A stretch of DNA of 57,206 bases from Candidatus Woesearchaeota archaeon (GTDB taxonomy: Archaea > Nanobdellota > Nanobdellia > Woesearchaeales > UBA10216). Under the pieces are notes generated by a model. It was not told the DNA's origin, ran no database searches, and saw only the letters and a list, made by a program, of their open reading frames with translations. Shown here in pieces: positions 16,744-27,965 of this stretch. The position numbers and the translations under genes were made by a program. Position 1 is the first letter of the stretch; the number at the start of each line of letters is the position of its first letter. The stretch spans positions 1 through 57,206 of the forward strand of contig JACPBZ010000026.1 in NCBI GenBank assembly GCA_016180105.1. The letters are read 5' to 3'.

Positions 16744-17877
16744 ATGTCCGCTAATGCTTTGAAGGATTTGAAGGCAGTTCTTCCGAAGGCTGTTTACGAG
16801 ATGGTGGCTGAGGCTCTTCCTGAGAAAATTTCAGAGGCAAGGGCCAAGGAGTTTGCGCAAAAAGTTGCAGCTGAATATAAGGAGATGTCGGTTGAGCCTG
16901 GCGAGTCTGTTGGTCTCGTGGCTGCAGAGTCGATTGGCGAGCCTGGCACGCAGATGACCTTGGACACTTTCCACTTCGCTGGCGTTTCTGAGATGAACGT
17001 TACAATGGGCCTGCCGAGGATTATAGAAATCCTTGATGGCAGGAAGAACTTGACCACTCCTATGATGGAGATATACTTGAAGAAGCCTCATTCAGAGGGA
17101 GAGGACATCAAGAAGGTCGCGCTGCTCGTGAAGGAGACCAAGCTGAAGGACATAGCTCTTGAGTTCTCCATTAATGTTGCGGAGGGCAAGGTTGAGGTTC
17201 AGCTTGACGGCTCGAAAATGAGGGAGCTTGGCATTACTGACACTGTTCTCGAGAAGGCATTGAAGTTTGCTGCCAAGGGTGTTGGCGTTGACATCAAGGG
17301 TGATACTGCGGTCTTGAAGCTTAAGTCCAAGGAGGGCGGCGTGAGCGACGTTTTCAGGCTCAAGGAAAAGGTCAAGGATGCCTTTGTCAGGGGTATTAGG
17401 GGTGTGTCCCAGGTTCTTCCGGTAAGGAAAAACAATGAGTATGTCATCCTGACTTTTGGCTCCAACCTGAAAAAGGTGCTTCAGCTTCCTTTTGTTGACG
17501 AGACTCGCACAACCACGAATGATGTTTTTGAGATAGAGGATACTCTTGGCGTTGAGGCTGCGAGGCAGGCAATTATCGATGAGGTTTTCAAGGTCATTGA
17601 GACCCAGGGCCTTAACGTTGACATACGCCACTTGATGCTCGTTGCTGATGTTATGTGCGCTGATGGAAAGGTCAAGGGCATTACCCGTTATGGTGTCGTG
17701 CGCGACAAGGCAAGCGTCCTGGCACGTGCCAGTTTTGAGACTCCGATAAAGCACATCATCAACGCAAGCCTGTATGGCGACATTGACAAGCTGACGTCGG
17801 TTGTCGAGAACGTGATGCTGAACCAGCCTGTGCCGGTTGGGACAGGCCTTCCAAAGTTAATATCCAAGAGCAAGTGA
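16744..17877 (+). CDS. rpoA2: DNA-directed RNA polymerase subunit A'' (Rpo1C)
   Basis: 377 aa with [28 protein letters not shown] and a C-terminal [15 protein letters not shown]. Confidence 0.92.
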   Translation: MSANALKDLKAVLPKAVYEMVAEALPEKISEARAKEFAQKVAAEYKEMSVEPGESVGLVAAESIGEPGTQMTLDTFHFAGVSEMNVTMGLPRIIEILDGRKNLTTPMMEIYLKKPHSEGEDIKKVALLVKETKLKDIALEFSINVAEGKVEVQLDGSKMRELGITDTVLEKALKFAAKGVGVDIKGDTAVLKLKSKEGGVSDVFRLKEKVKDAFVRGIRGVSQVLPVRKNNEYVILTFGSNLKKVLQLPFVDETRTTTNDVFEIEDTLGVEAARQAIIDEVFKVIETQGLNVDIRHLMLVADVMCADGKVKGITRYGVVRDKASVLARASFETPIKHIINASLYGDIDKLTSVVENVMLNQPVPVGTGLPKLISKSK

Positions 17878-17882
17878 TTTTT

Positions 17883-18146
17883 ATGGAACCAATAGCTGAA
17901 TTGAGGAAGCAGGTGCAGGGCGGCAAGCTTGTAATGGGGACTTCGGCAGTCACCAGGCTGCTCAAGAGTGACAGGCTTTCAAGGGTTTTTGCCGCTTCGA
18001 ATTGTCCTGAGGAAGTCGCGAATGAGGTCAGGCAGCTTTGCTCTTCTACAGGGACTGAGCTTGTGCAATTGCCTGTTCCGAATGACGAGCTCGGCGTGCT
18101 GTGCAAGAAGCCTTTTTCGATATCCTTGGTGGGCGTTATCAGGTAA
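17883..18146 (+). CDS. rpl30e: 50S ribosomal protein L30e
   Basis: MEPIAELRKQVQGGKLVMGTSAVTRLLK...ELGVLCKKPFSISLVGV. The position after rpoA'' is conserved in archaea. A GTG at 17874 is an alternative start. Confidence 0.85.
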   Translation: MEPIAELRKQVQGGKLVMGTSAVTRLLKSDRLSRVFAASNCPEEVANEVRQLCSSTGTELVQLPVPNDELGVLCKKPFSISLVGVIR

Positions 18147-18152
18147 TTCGTT

Positions 18153-18572
18153 ATGGCTGCCGGCATAAAATACGATACTGCCCTTCTGAAGCTGATGTCC
18201 TTCTTTGAGTCTTCCACTGGGGCCAAGCTTCACGACTGTTTTGTCGACCAGAATGGGACTCTTGTTTTTGTTGTTCAGCCTGCGCAGTACGGCCTTGCCG
18301 TTGGCAGGGGCGGTTCGAACGTGAGGAGAATTGAGGCTGCCCTGAAGAAGGATATCAAGGTTGTCGAGCATTCATCAGATCTCGTCCAGTTCATTCAGGG
18401 GCTTATTCAGCCGTCAAAGGCGAGGGAAATAGCTGTTGCCGAAAACGTGGTCACGATAACCCCTGAGCCTTCGAGCAGGAGCTTTCTCATCGGCCGCGCG
18501 GGAAAGAACGTGAAGAACTTTGAGGCCATAGTCAAGCGGTATTTCCCGATTAAGGAGCTTAAGGTCCTTTGA
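18153..18572 (+). CDS. nusA: Archaeal NusA-like transcription termination/antitermination protein (two KH domains)
   Basis: 139 aa with GRGGSNVRRIE and GRAGKNVKNFE KH GxxG motifs. The operon position is conserved. Confidence 0.85.
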   Translation: MAAGIKYDTALLKLMSFFESSTGAKLHDCFVDQNGTLVFVVQPAQYGLAVGRGGSNVRRIEAALKKDIKVVEHSSDLVQFIQGLIQPSKAREIAVAENVVTITPEPSSRSFLIGRAGKNVKNFEAIVKRYFPIKELKVL

Positions 18573-18614
18573 TTCAGCAATCTTTATAAACCACCTCTTG
18601 ATGCTCCTCTTGAA

Positions 18615-19052
18615 ATGGCAAGCAAGGCTCGTGGTTTGAATGCTGGAGGCTCCCTTTCGAAGAGGAGGGCTAGGGCGAGGTGGGCTAAGCACTCTTACGT
18701 GGCTCGCGTTCTTAACCTTAGGATGAAGTCAGATCCTCTTGAGGGTTCTTGGCAGGCCAAGGGCATTGTCCTTGAGAAGGTCCAGTTTGAGGCTAAGCAG
18801 CCTAATTCTGCTATGAGGAAGTGTGTTCGCGTTCAGCTTATCAAGAATGGGAGGCAGGTTACTGCCTTTTGCCCTGGGACTGGCGCTTCAAAGCTTATTG
18901 ATGAGCACGATGAGGTTCTCGTGGAGTGCATTGGTGGCAGGAAGGGGCGTTCTTATGGTGACATTCCAGGCGTCAGGTGGAAGGTAATCAAGGTCAATGA
19001 TCAGAGCCTGAACGCTCTTCTCAGGGGCAAGGTTGAGAAGGCAAGGAAGTAG
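18615..19052 (+). CDS. rps12: 30S ribosomal protein S12 (uS12)
   Basis: 145 aa with [28 protein letters not shown]. Confidence 0.92.
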   Translation: MASKARGLNAGGSLSKRRARARWAKHSYVARVLNLRMKSDPLEGSWQAKGIVLEKVQFEAKQPNSAMRKCVRVQLIKNGRQVTAFCPGTGASKLIDEHDEVLVECIGGRKGRSYGDIPGVRWKVIKVNDQSLNALLRGKVEKARK

Positions 19053-19069
19053 TGAAGCTTACTCTGCTA

Positions 19070-19094
19070 TTTTTGTTGTTTACACTTTTTTTTT
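19070..19094 (+). terminator. Oligo-T terminator region after rps12 (T5 and T9)
   Basis: ttttt at 19070-19074 and ttttttttt at 19086-19094 lie between convergent genes. Confidence 0.5.
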
Positions 19095-19108
19095 GAACTA
19101 CGAAGTAT

Positions 19109-19606
19109 TTACGCAGCCATTGCCATTATGACGCCTACCAGGATGGCCCCGAATATTAGCAATACGATGAATCCGACTATTGCTGCGATGACTGCCAGCA
19201 CGAGGCCTACGAGGAAGGCTTTTCCTGTTTCTGCCTTGTAGAATTTCTTTATTGCCAGCGAGTCAACAACGAATCCTGTTATCCAGAACAGGAGGAGCAG
19301 TGCGAGGCCAAGCGCTCCTTGGGCGAGCATTTGAGATGAGAGCTCTGCGCCTGCTGCAGGCATTGCCGATTTTCCGATTGCGCTGCCTACCGTAAGCTGC
19401 AGTACTGTGCGTATTAGGAAGTTTATGACTCCTGCGACGAGCGCTGTTATTAGTGCTGTCTTGAATTTCTTGTCGTGCAGCTTGAATGCTTTCGCGAGAA
19501 GCCATAGTATCAGTGCCGTATAAAGGACTGATATCAGGACTGAAACGCCTATGATTAGAAATCCGGCAGCGCCTGAAGCCATAAGTGCACCCGCGTCGGT
19601 AGCCAT
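19109..19606 (-). CDS. Integral membrane protein, function unknown
   Basis: 165 aa with four or five hydrophobic helices and no recognisable motif. Confidence 0.5.
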   Translation of the reverse strand: MATDAGALMASGAAGFLIIGVSVLISVLYTALILWLLAKAFKLHDKKFKTALITALVAGVINFLIRTVLQLTVGSAIGKSAMPAAGAELSSQMLAQGALGLALLLLFWITGFVVDSLAIKKFYKAETGKAFLVGLVLAVIAAIVGFIVLLIFGAILVGVIMAMAA

Positions 19607-19633
19607 TGAGTGTGTCCTTTAGAGGCTCGTTAT

Positions 19634-22600
19634 TTAAACTTTTTCGTTTTCTTCGAGTTTCTTTTCGTCTTGCCCTGTGGGCTCTATGGTCGCGCCGTGC
19701 TTTTCTTCAAATCTTTTCAGGTTTTCCTCGAATTTGGCGTTGTCCTCGTCGTTTTTCTTAATGGTTGGTTCCTGTTGGGCGTCAGCAGCTTTTTCAGTTA
19801 ATTTCGGTTCACTGTTGCTGTCATCGCGCTTTTCTGGTTTTCCCACGTCGCAAATCGGGTTGCGCCCGATTGCGCATTCCGCCGTCCGCGGAATTGCGCT
19901 GCTGCGATGGGGGTTTCTTCTTTTCACCACCCTATAGCCTGCCGCGAAGGTTCCTACTGCGGCAAGTGTTCCTATGAGGAGTGCTGCTGCAGTGTTGCCG
20001 CTGCCTGAGTCTGTCTCGTATATCTCTATGTTCAGCGAGACTTCTTCCTCTATTGCGGATTTGCCTTTTATTTCGAGCCCTTCAACGCTCCTGCCAGTGA
20101 TTATTATTTTTCCGGCTCGGAATCCTGTTTTTCTTGGCTCCTTTACTGCGTAGCCCTGGATTGGGTTTCCCTGGGGGTCTTTTCCTTCGGGCTTCAGCCT
20201 TATCGTTATGGTAAGGCTTTCCGATGGCGCCAGGACTGCAGCCTGGCCATTTTCGATTGTTATGTAGGAATCAAGGGGAGGTGCGGCCTTTACTTCCAGG
20301 TTGCGCAGTTCGCAGCTTCCTGTGTTGGTGATTTTGGCAGCCACTTCAGACCTGTTTATGAATGATGGCCTGTCCTGGACTTCTGCCTTGATGTTGTATG
20401 TGCATTCTTGTTTTTCTCCGGTTGTGGGAGGCGCTTTCGTTTCTTCCTCTGTTTTTTGGTTGGCAGTTTCGCTTTCTGTTGCTTCTCCTTCGCTTCCTCC
20501 TGAGGCTGCTGTTGCGGTGTCGGCTGTTGCGGCTGTGCTTGCTTGTTCAGTTGTCGAGTTTGCTGTGCTGTTGGTCGTGTTTGTTGAAGTCTGGTTTACT
20601 GTGGCGTTTGTTGCGCTGGTCTGGTTCGCTGTTTGGTTGGTTGTAGTGTTTGCTTGGGCTGCCTGGCTCGTGGCGTTTCCGAAGATTCCGAAGAGGCTTA
20701 GGTGGGTTGTGTTGCCTTCCACGTAGTTCAGCGCCGTGTTGACTGTTGAGTTTAGCTGCTCCCACAGCGTGGCGGTTTCATTGTAGAAGTACAGCGCAAT
20801 TGATGATTCTGTCACGTTCGCGGCGCTTACTTCGTCATCCGTGTAGTTGAGTGTTATTGTGGCAATCGAGATGTTTCCTTTTATTGCCTCGTCAGCCTCT
20901 ATCTCGATGTATCGCTTTAGCTCGTTTCTCGTCTTTGTTGTGTTTTTTATGTCTTCCTTGTGCTCTGACACTACTATGCTTCCTGTTGTTGTCTCTGCAT
21001 TGCCCCTGAGCTCAATTCTTGTGGTGTTTGTCGGCTTTAGTGCTGCGTTCGTGCTTGAGTTGAGTGTCAGTTTTTCCACTGCTGATTTTTCTGCCTCGGC
21101 AGCGACTCCAGTAGCGGCTTTCGCCTTTTGTGTGTTGTTGTGCTTGTCTTTTGCCGTTATCGCTATTATGTATGCGCCTTTTAGCGTGAGGGCGCTGGCT
21201 GTTCCGGCATAGGTGTCTGTTGATGTGTTCTGTAGTGTTAGGTTGAGTACGGTTGTGTCATCTTTCGTCAAGCTTGCCGTGACAGTGGTTGCTGATTTGT
21301 CTGTCACGTTGGCTGATACTGTCAGTGTTCCGCCTGTTATTGATGCTGATGCGCTGTTTATGCTGGGTGGCTCGCTGTCGTATGTGCAGCTTGTCGTGAA
21401 CTCTGAATAATTCCCGCCGTAGGCGTCTGTGCTTAGTCCTGTCTTGCCGTGGCAGTTGTTGCTGTCGTTGACCTGTGAGCAGGTTTTTTGGTTTTTGTCG
21501 TTGCATTCGCCATAGCCTGTGCAGCTGAATGATGGGGTGCAGTAGTCGCAAGCTGCCGTCTCATTGGCGGGTATTGTGCAGTCGCTCTGGAGTCCCGTGT
21601 CCTGGCAGCAGCTGTTTGAGTAAGCGTAGTCTACCACCAATGTGTCATTGTTGCGGCAGCTGCTGTTTGTGCTTGTCCATTGCGGCGTGCAGTAGTTGCA
21701 GCTTTCGCTTGTCCCGTTGTCGCCTGGCAGGTCTTCGGTTGAGCCGCAGCTGTTCGCATCGGTGTAGTATTTTGTCTTTGTGTCGTTTGTGCCGCAGGCT
21801 GTGTGGCTTGCCTGCCAGTTTTCATCGCACGTTGTTATCTTGTAGCTGAGTTTTGCGTTTTTTACTGCAGGTGTTTCTGTCTTGTTGGAGTAAAGCGTTG
21901 CCCTTAGCGTGATCTTGGTGGCTTGTCCTGGGATTGCAGTCTGCCACGTGCTTCCCGAGTCTGTTGAATGCTCGTACGTGACTCTCTGCCCGTTGAGGCT
22001 TTCGTCTGTTGCCAGGCCGAGGAGCTGTGCTGTGGTGCCGAAGCTTGTTTCCTTTGTTGCTATTGCAGCTGACTCTGGATATTCCTCTTTTTCGTGGGTT
22101 ATTCTTACGCTCTTCAGTATGGGCGTTGTCTTCTTGTCGTCAGTTTCAAGTGTTGCCTTGTATTGGATGTAGCCGTTTTGCACTCCTGTTATGTCTTGTG
22201 CGCTTTCCGTGTAGCTGTTTTCTTCTGGCTGCCAGTCAGCGTTCTCAAGTTCCTCTTCAGTTGCGGCTGTCCTTATTTTCAGCTTGATTGATGTTTTTGC
22301 TGGTTTGTCAGCTTCAAGATACAACTTTTTCAGTGTTCCATCGTACTTGTAAGCTGCTGACTTGAATTCCAGTTTTTTCTCGTAATCGCCGTTGTTTTTT
22401 TGCTTTATTGCTATGTGGCTGTCGTTCTTGAGTTCGGTTGTAATCTTCTGCAGCAGCAATTTTGCCTCTCCATTCGCAACGCTTATCAGGCCGAGGTTGT
22501 AGTCGTAATCCGCTGGGGTGTCGAATGTCCACTGGAGCTGCCTTGTTTCGTAAACTGCGTAGCCTGTCAAGGGCGCTGTTTGGGTTGAGAATGGGCTTAG

Positions 22601-22678
22601 CCTGTCTAGGATTATCAGGGAGACAAGCAAAATCAGCGAAATCACCAGGAGTTTTTTTGCTTCCTCAGACCATTTCAT
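19634..22678 (-). CDS. Large membrane-anchored surface (glyco)protein
   Basis: 1014 aa. It has an N-terminal signal/anchor, a Cys-rich block with repeated C-[DN]-Y-C-T-P modules, and a segment ending THLSLFGIFG that resembles the archaeal PGF-pre-PGF domain. It also has a Thr/Asn low-complexity linker full of N-x-S/T sequons, a C-terminal TM helix and a charged tail. Confidence 0.7.
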   Translation of the reverse strand: MKWSEEAKKLLVISLILLVSLIILDRLSPFSTQTAPLTGYAVYETRQLQWTFDTPADYDYNLGLISVANGEAKLLLQKITTELKNDSHIAIKQKNNGDYEKKLEFKSAAYKYDGTLKKLYLEADKPAKTSIKLKIRTAATEEELENADWQPEENSYTESAQDITGVQNGYIQYKATLETDDKKTTPILKSVRITHEKEEYPESAAIATKETSFGTTAQLLGLATDESLNGQRVTYEHSTDSGSTWQTAIPGQATKITLRATLYSNKTETPAVKNAKLSYKITTCDENWQASHTACGTNDTKTKYYTDANSCGSTEDLPGDNGTSESCNYCTPQWTSTNSSCRNNDTLVVDYAYSNSCCQDTGLQSDCTIPANETAACDYCTPSFSCTGYGECNDKNQKTCSQVNDSNNCHGKTGLSTDAYGGNYSEFTTSCTYDSEPPSINSASASITGGTLTVSANVTDKSATTVTASLTKDDTTVLNLTLQNTSTDTYAGTASALTLKGAYIIAITAKDKHNNTQKAKAATGVAAEAEKSAVEKLTLNSSTNAALKPTNTTRIELRGNAETTTGSIVVSEHKEDIKNTTKTRNELKRYIEIEADEAIKGNISIATITLNYTDDEVSAANVTESSIALYFYNETATLWEQLNSTVNTALNYVEGNTTHLSLFGIFGNATSQAAQANTTTNQTANQTSATNATVNQTSTNTTNSTANSTTEQASTAATADTATAASGGSEGEATESETANQKTEEETKAPPTTGEKQECTYNIKAEVQDRPSFINRSEVAAKITNTGSCELRNLEVKAAPPLDSYITIENGQAAVLAPSESLTITIRLKPEGKDPQGNPIQGYAVKEPRKTGFRAGKIIITGRSVEGLEIKGKSAIEEEVSLNIEIYETDSGSGNTAAALLIGTLAAVGTFAAGYRVVKRRNPHRSSAIPRTAECAIGRNPICDVGKPEKRDDSNSEPKLTEKAADAQQEPTIKKNDEDNAKFEENLKRFEEKHGATIEPTGQDEKKLEENEKV

Positions 22679-22790
22679 TCATTGCACCTTTTTGGATGAG
22701 TGGGCATCTTTTCTGCAGCTTCTGAATAAAAAGCTTTGTGACAACCGCCATAGAAAGTTATTTATACGGATTTTTCCAGGTTTGGCTGCG

Positions 22791-23508
22791 ATGGTGCTTG
22801 AGCTTCTCATTAATCCCGGGAAGGCTGAGCGTGAGCCTTGGGAGCTGTTCTTTGTGGGGCTTGTTTACAGTTCGGTTGCAATCTTCCTTAGCCTGTACAT
22901 TTTCAAGCAGTATGTTGGCATTGTCATGGTTTTCCTTACCACGATTGCCTGCACTTACCTCATTCAGGGCACTTTGAGGAGGGAGGAAAAGAAGGACCTC
23001 CATTCAGGAGGAAACGATAAGGTGCATTAATTCTGTGGGCGTGGAAGGCTGCCTCTCTGCCCCGACTGAGTCCTTTGTGAAGATTTTCCTGAACAATATC
23101 AAGGTGCTTTTTTTTGTCCTTATCTTTGCCTTTTTCTATGGGGCAGGCTCTATTTTCATTCTTGCCTGGAATGCGACTGTTGTTGCTGCCGCCATTGGGA
23201 TTTTTGTCAGGAATAGCTTGAGCAGCGTTGCTGCTTCCCTGGGTTTTTCTTCTGTTTCAGCGTATTTTTCCTCTTACTCCCTTGGCCTTCTGCGTTACCT
23301 CACGCACGGCTGGCTTGAAATCCTGGCTTATTTTATTGCTGCCCTTGCCGGCGGCATCATATCTGTTGCGGTTGCAAGGCACACCTTCAATAGCCGGGGT
23401 TTCAGGAAGGTCCTTTTGGATTCTGTTGACCTGGTGGCACTCTCCCTTGGGGCGCTTTTCCTGGCTGCGATTGTCGAAGTTTTTGTTACGCCAATGCTTT
23501 TTGGTTAG
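22791..23508 (+). CDS. SpoIIM/DUF95-like membrane protein. The reading frame is interrupted between 22978 and 23035.
   Basis: The N-terminal piece (MVLELLINPGKAEREPWELFFVGL...) and the second ORF (FVKIFLNNIKVLFF...NATVV...LTHGWLEILAYF) together resemble one stage II sporulation protein M family protein, but they lie in different frames. Confidence 0.5.
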
Positions 23509-23612
23509 GGTGTTGTCACTTATCTCCACGAAGTTTTTGGGCTTTAAATAGCAAAATATTTAAGTGAACGTTTTCAGAGTTAAGTCCTTAAAGTAAGGCT
23601 TGGCTGAGTCAA

Positions 23613-25238
23613 ATGTCGAAAAAATGGCGTGGTTCTAAGTGGCTTCCAGCAGTAATGCTTGCCTTTTTGTTGTTGGCCTTGCCTGTTTCTGCTGAAATCA
23701 GGGTTGAAACTGACAAGGGGGTCTATAACTTTGGGGACAGTATAGTCGCCAGTTACGAGTTTTCGAGAGACCAGGATTTTTCTGGCCTTATGAAGTTGTC
23801 CCTTTATTGCAGCGGTTTTGAGCTTGAATTTTACACTTTGCCAACAAACATTTACGCTGGCGAGCGCCAGCAGGTGACAGTTCCTCCCTTGAGCGTTTCG
23901 CCAGCCATGCTTGGAAAGTGCTATGTGGCTGCCAATGCAACTTCGTATGACCGGCTGATTAATGAGAGCAGCACGTCCAACTTTTTCAATGTCACAAGCC
24001 TCATTTCTGTTGCTGTTGAGGTAGCTTACCAGTCCTACCTTCCTGGCAGCATAGTTGAAGTTTCAGGTAGGGTTGGCAAGAGTCATTCCCTTCCCGCGAG
24101 TGCTGTTATGGAGTTTCTCGGCACTAACTACGCTTCTCCTGTTACTGATAACGTGTTTGCTTACAGCGTCAAGCTCCCGAAGAACATAAAGTCAGGAAAT
24201 CACTCTCTCTCCTTTCTTGTCAACGATTCTTATGGCAATTCAGGCTCTGCCTCCGCACAGTTTTCGGTTGAGGCGGTTCCCACTCGGTTGGTAAACTTCC
24301 TGGATAAGCAGGTCGTCAGGCCCTCTGAGTCGTTTTCAGTCACTGTTTCGGCCTACGACCAGGCTGATGATGCGCTTTCCGGTGAAGTTGGCGTTTCCGT
24401 GACAGACTCGTCAGGGATTGTGGTTATGATTGGCTCCGGCATTACGGGTTCGAATATGATTCTCGCATTCCAGAGCCATCAGAAGCCTGGCAGTTACACC
24501 TTGTCTTCATCGGCGCTTGGCCTTTCCGCGGCAAGCCAGGTTGTTGTTGAGGAAGTTGAGGACGCCTCTGTCAGCCTTGGCAGCAACACTGTTGTCTTGA
24601 AAAATACTGGAAACGTGAACTATGTTCGCCAGTTTAACATCACCCTGTCTGGGGAACGGAGTTATGTTGTCGTGCAGGATGTTGACCTTGCTCCTGGCGA
24701 GGCTTTTGAGGTTGATCTTTCAAGCGCTGTGCGCGAAGGCACTTACAATGTTGCATTTCCAACCGTGGCCAATTCGTCTGTGGTTGAAAATGCGTTTATT
24801 GAGGACAACAGGCCTCTTCTTAAGAAGACTTCTGATTTCCTTGGCATCACGGGCAGGGCGGTTACCAAGCTGGAGTCCGGCACTGGCAAGGTACAGGCAA
24901 AGTTCGCGCCCCTCCTGTTGTTTCTTATAGTGGCCGTGACGGCATTTTATTTTGTTAAAAACAGGAGGAGAGGTGGCGGAAAAGGCAACGATTTCAATAG
25001 CGACAATTTTGGAAGCGGCAGCGGTGGTGGCAGCGATACTGCCGTCAGTAGTGCGAAGGCGCCCAGCCCTCCGGTGCAGTCTTCCGTGCCATCCGAGGAG
25101 GACAGGGTGAGGCAGATTATTGAGGAGAAGCGCAGGCAGATTCAGGAAAGGTATCCGCAGCAGCCCAAGAGCCTCCGCGACGACCCGGCAGCGCAGAAGT
25201 TTGTCAGGGATATGATGAAGGAGAAGAAGTTCAGGTAG
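23613..25238 (+). CDS. Membrane-anchored surface protein with Ig-like repeats
   Basis: 541 aa with a signal peptide (VMLAFLLLALPVSAE), a C-terminal TM helix (LLLFLIVAVTAFYFV), and a Gly/Ser-rich then basic cytoplasmic tail. Confidence 0.6.
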   Translation: MSKKWRGSKWLPAVMLAFLLLALPVSAEIRVETDKGVYNFGDSIVASYEFSRDQDFSGLMKLSLYCSGFELEFYTLPTNIYAGERQQVTVPPLSVSPAMLGKCYVAANATSYDRLINESSTSNFFNVTSLISVAVEVAYQSYLPGSIVEVSGRVGKSHSLPASAVMEFLGTNYASPVTDNVFAYSVKLPKNIKSGNHSLSFLVNDSYGNSGSASAQFSVEAVPTRLVNFLDKQVVRPSESFSVTVSAYDQADDALSGEVGVSVTDSSGIVVMIGSGITGSNMILAFQSHQKPGSYTLSSSALGLSAASQVVVEEVEDASVSLGSNTVVLKNTGNVNYVRQFNITLSGERSYVVVQDVDLAPGEAFEVDLSSAVREGTYNVAFPTVANSSVVENAFIEDNRPLLKKTSDFLGITGRAVTKLESGTGKVQAKFAPLLLFLIVAVTAFYFVKNRRRGGGKGNDFNSDNFGSGSGGGSDTAVSSAKAPSPPVQSSVPSEEDRVRQIIEEKRRQIQERYPQQPKSLRDDPAAQKFVRDMMKEKKFR

Positions 25239-25278
25239 TTCAGCAACCATTTTAAATCTCGTTTCTATTCGCTTTTTT

Positions 25279-27920
25279 ATGGCGGCTGTTAGCGATTCTG
25301 GAATAATGAGGAAGGAAGTTCCAAACGACTCCAGTGAGATACTTGGCGTTCTTAATCCCACTGTGAAGCAGTGGTTTTTTTCCCGTTTCAAGGAGTTCAG
25401 CCTGCCTCAGCTTTTTGGAGTGATGGAAATCCACGGCAGGAGTAACATCCTCGTTTCAGCGCCAACTGGCGCGACTAAGACATTGACAGCTTTTCTTAGT
25501 ATCCTGAACGAGCTTGTTGACAGCAGCGAGAAGGGCATTCTTGAGGACAGGATTTACTGCGTTTATGTTTCGCCCTTGAAGGCCCTTAACAATGACATTG
25601 GCAAGAATTTGAGGGAGCCTCTTGAGGAGATGGAGAAGATTGCGGGAAGGAAGCTGGGCATTCGCATAGGCGTGCGCACTGGTGACACGACAGCTTCCGA
25701 GAAGTCCAGGATGCTTGCAAAGCCGCCGCATATCCTGATTACCACGCCTGAGTCGCTGGCCATTGTGCTTTCCGCCTCTAAATTTGTTGCTCACTTGGGA
25801 AATGTTGAGTGGTGCATTATTGATGAGGTTCACGCCCTGGCTGAGAACAAGCGCGGTGTTCACCTTTCGCTGAGCCTTGAGCGCCTTCAGAGGCTGTCTC
25901 CCGGGATGGCCCGCATTGGCTTGTCAGCGACAATTGCGCCCTTGGAGGAGATTGCCAAGTTCCTTGTGGGCTTGGAAGATTTTTCTTCCGGCAGGTATCG
26001 CAGCTGCAGGATTTGTGATGTTCAGTTTGTCAAGAAAATGGACTTGAAGGTCATCAGCCCGGTGCCTGACCTGATTGATGCTAGCCGGGCTCAGATGCAG
26101 GATTCGATGTATGTTTTGATTGACGGCCTTATCCAGAGCCACAGGACAACTCTTATCTTCACTAATACGAGGTCGGCGACAGAGCGTGTCATTAATCATC
26201 TCAAGGAGAGGTTCCCGAAAAATTATGCGGCAGCCGAGCCCTCCATTGGCGCGCACCACGGCTCTCTCAGCAAGGAGCACCGTTATGGTATTGAGTCGGC
26301 CTTGCGGTCTGGGAAGCTGAAGTGCGTTGTCAGCAGCACGAGCCTGGAGTTGGGTATTGATATTGGCTACATTGACCTTGTGATTTTGCTTGGGAGCCCG
26401 AAGTCGGTCGCAAGGGCCATTCAGAGGATTGGCCGCTCTGGTCACAAGCTTCACGAAGTTTCAATGGGCAGGATAATTGTCCTGGATAGGGATGACCTGA
26501 TTGAGTGCGCTGTCCTCCTGAAGTCAGCCATCGAGAAGGACATTGACAGGATTCACATTCCCTCTAACTGCCTTGATGTTCTTGCCCAGCAGGTTTTTGG
26601 GATTGCCATCGCTGACACTATGAGCGTCAATGACCTTTATGGTCTTGTGCGCGGTAGCTATTGCTATAGGGATTTGTCATTCAAGGATTTGAAGGAAGTC
26701 CTGGATTATCTTAGTGGAAAGTTTATCTCCCTTGAGGACCGCCACATTTACGCCAAGATATGGCACGATGAGTTGACTGGAATGATTGGCCGCCGGGGAA
26801 GGCTTAGCCGCGTTATCTACATGACGAACATCGGCACCATTTGACAGTGAAAATTGCCGGCACTGAGGAGGTTGTTGGGAAGGTTGACGAGTCTTTCCTT
26901 GAGAGGCTTAAGAAAAGCGATGTTTTTGTGCTGGGCGGGGATAAGTACCAGTTCGGCCACGCCAAGGGAATGGTTGCTTATGTGCACAGCTCGGTTGACA
27001 GGCAGCCTACCATTCCTTCCTGGTTTTCCGAGATGCTGCCGTTGAGCTTTGACCTTGCGATGAGCATCGGCAAGTTCAGGAGGCTGATGGAGGAAAAGTT
27101 CAATCACAATCGCAGCAAGGCGGAAATTCTTGAATTCATAAACGGCTACCTCTATGTTGACAGCAACGCCGCTGAGTCGATTTACGACTATTTCAGGGAG
27201 CAGTTTCTCTTCCTGGAGATTCCTCACGACAAGAAGATATTGGTTGAGTCGTATTCTGAGCAAGGGCGCCATTATGCTGTTTTTCATACTCTTTTCGGGA
27301 GGAGGGTGAATGATTGCCTTTCTCGCGCCGTGGCTTTCGCGATTTCCCGGACGCAGCATCACGATGTTGAGGTTGGCATTACTGACAACGGTTTTTTCGT
27401 TGGCTGCCCAAGGGCTTTTAATGCAATGGCGGCATTCAAGCTTCTTAATTCGGAAAAGCTTTCCCAGGTGCTTTCAGCCGCCATTGAGCAGTCAGAAATC
27501 CTTCGGAGGCGCTTCAGGCACTGCGCTGCGCGCTCGTTGATGATCCTGCGCGAATATCTTGGTCACAGGAAAAGGGTTGGCAGGCAGCAGGTGTCTTCCC
27601 AGATACTGATTAATGCCGTGCGCCGGATTAGTCCTGATTTTTGCATCCTTAAGGAAGCCAGGAGGGAAGTTCTCGAGGACCTGATGGACCTGCCTTCCAC
27701 GTCGTTGGTTATTAAGCTCATTGAGGATGGAAAGATAAAGCTTAAGCAGGTTAATGGCTCAATGCCTTCGCCTTTCGCATTCAACATTGTCCTTGAGTCC
27801 CACACTGACATGATGCGTATGGAAGACAAGGTTGAGTTCCTCAAGAGGATGCATCAGAAAATTCTTGATCGGATTGGTGTTCGAAGCCGGAAGGAGGCTG
27901 CGGAAGCCTCGGCAGCCTAA
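25279..27920 (+). CDS. lhr: Lhr-family DEAD/DEAH-box helicase. It is either split or frameshifted at 26839-26844.
   Basis: ORF1 has the helicase motifs APTGATKT, DEVH, SAT and QRIGRSGH. ORF2 has the Lhr C-terminal (DEAD_assoc-like) region. Homology continues from NIGTI directly into (L)TVKIAGTEEVVGKVDESF with a 1-nt frame change at aTTTga. Confidence 0.8.
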
Positions 27921-27965
27921 AGCAAAAACTATATATACCCTTTAAGGCATTTTTCGTGCCATCCA

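Noticed and set aside
24720-25391. 223-aa minus-strand ORF
   Set aside because: It is antisense to the 3' end of the 541-aa surface protein and the 5' end of lhr.
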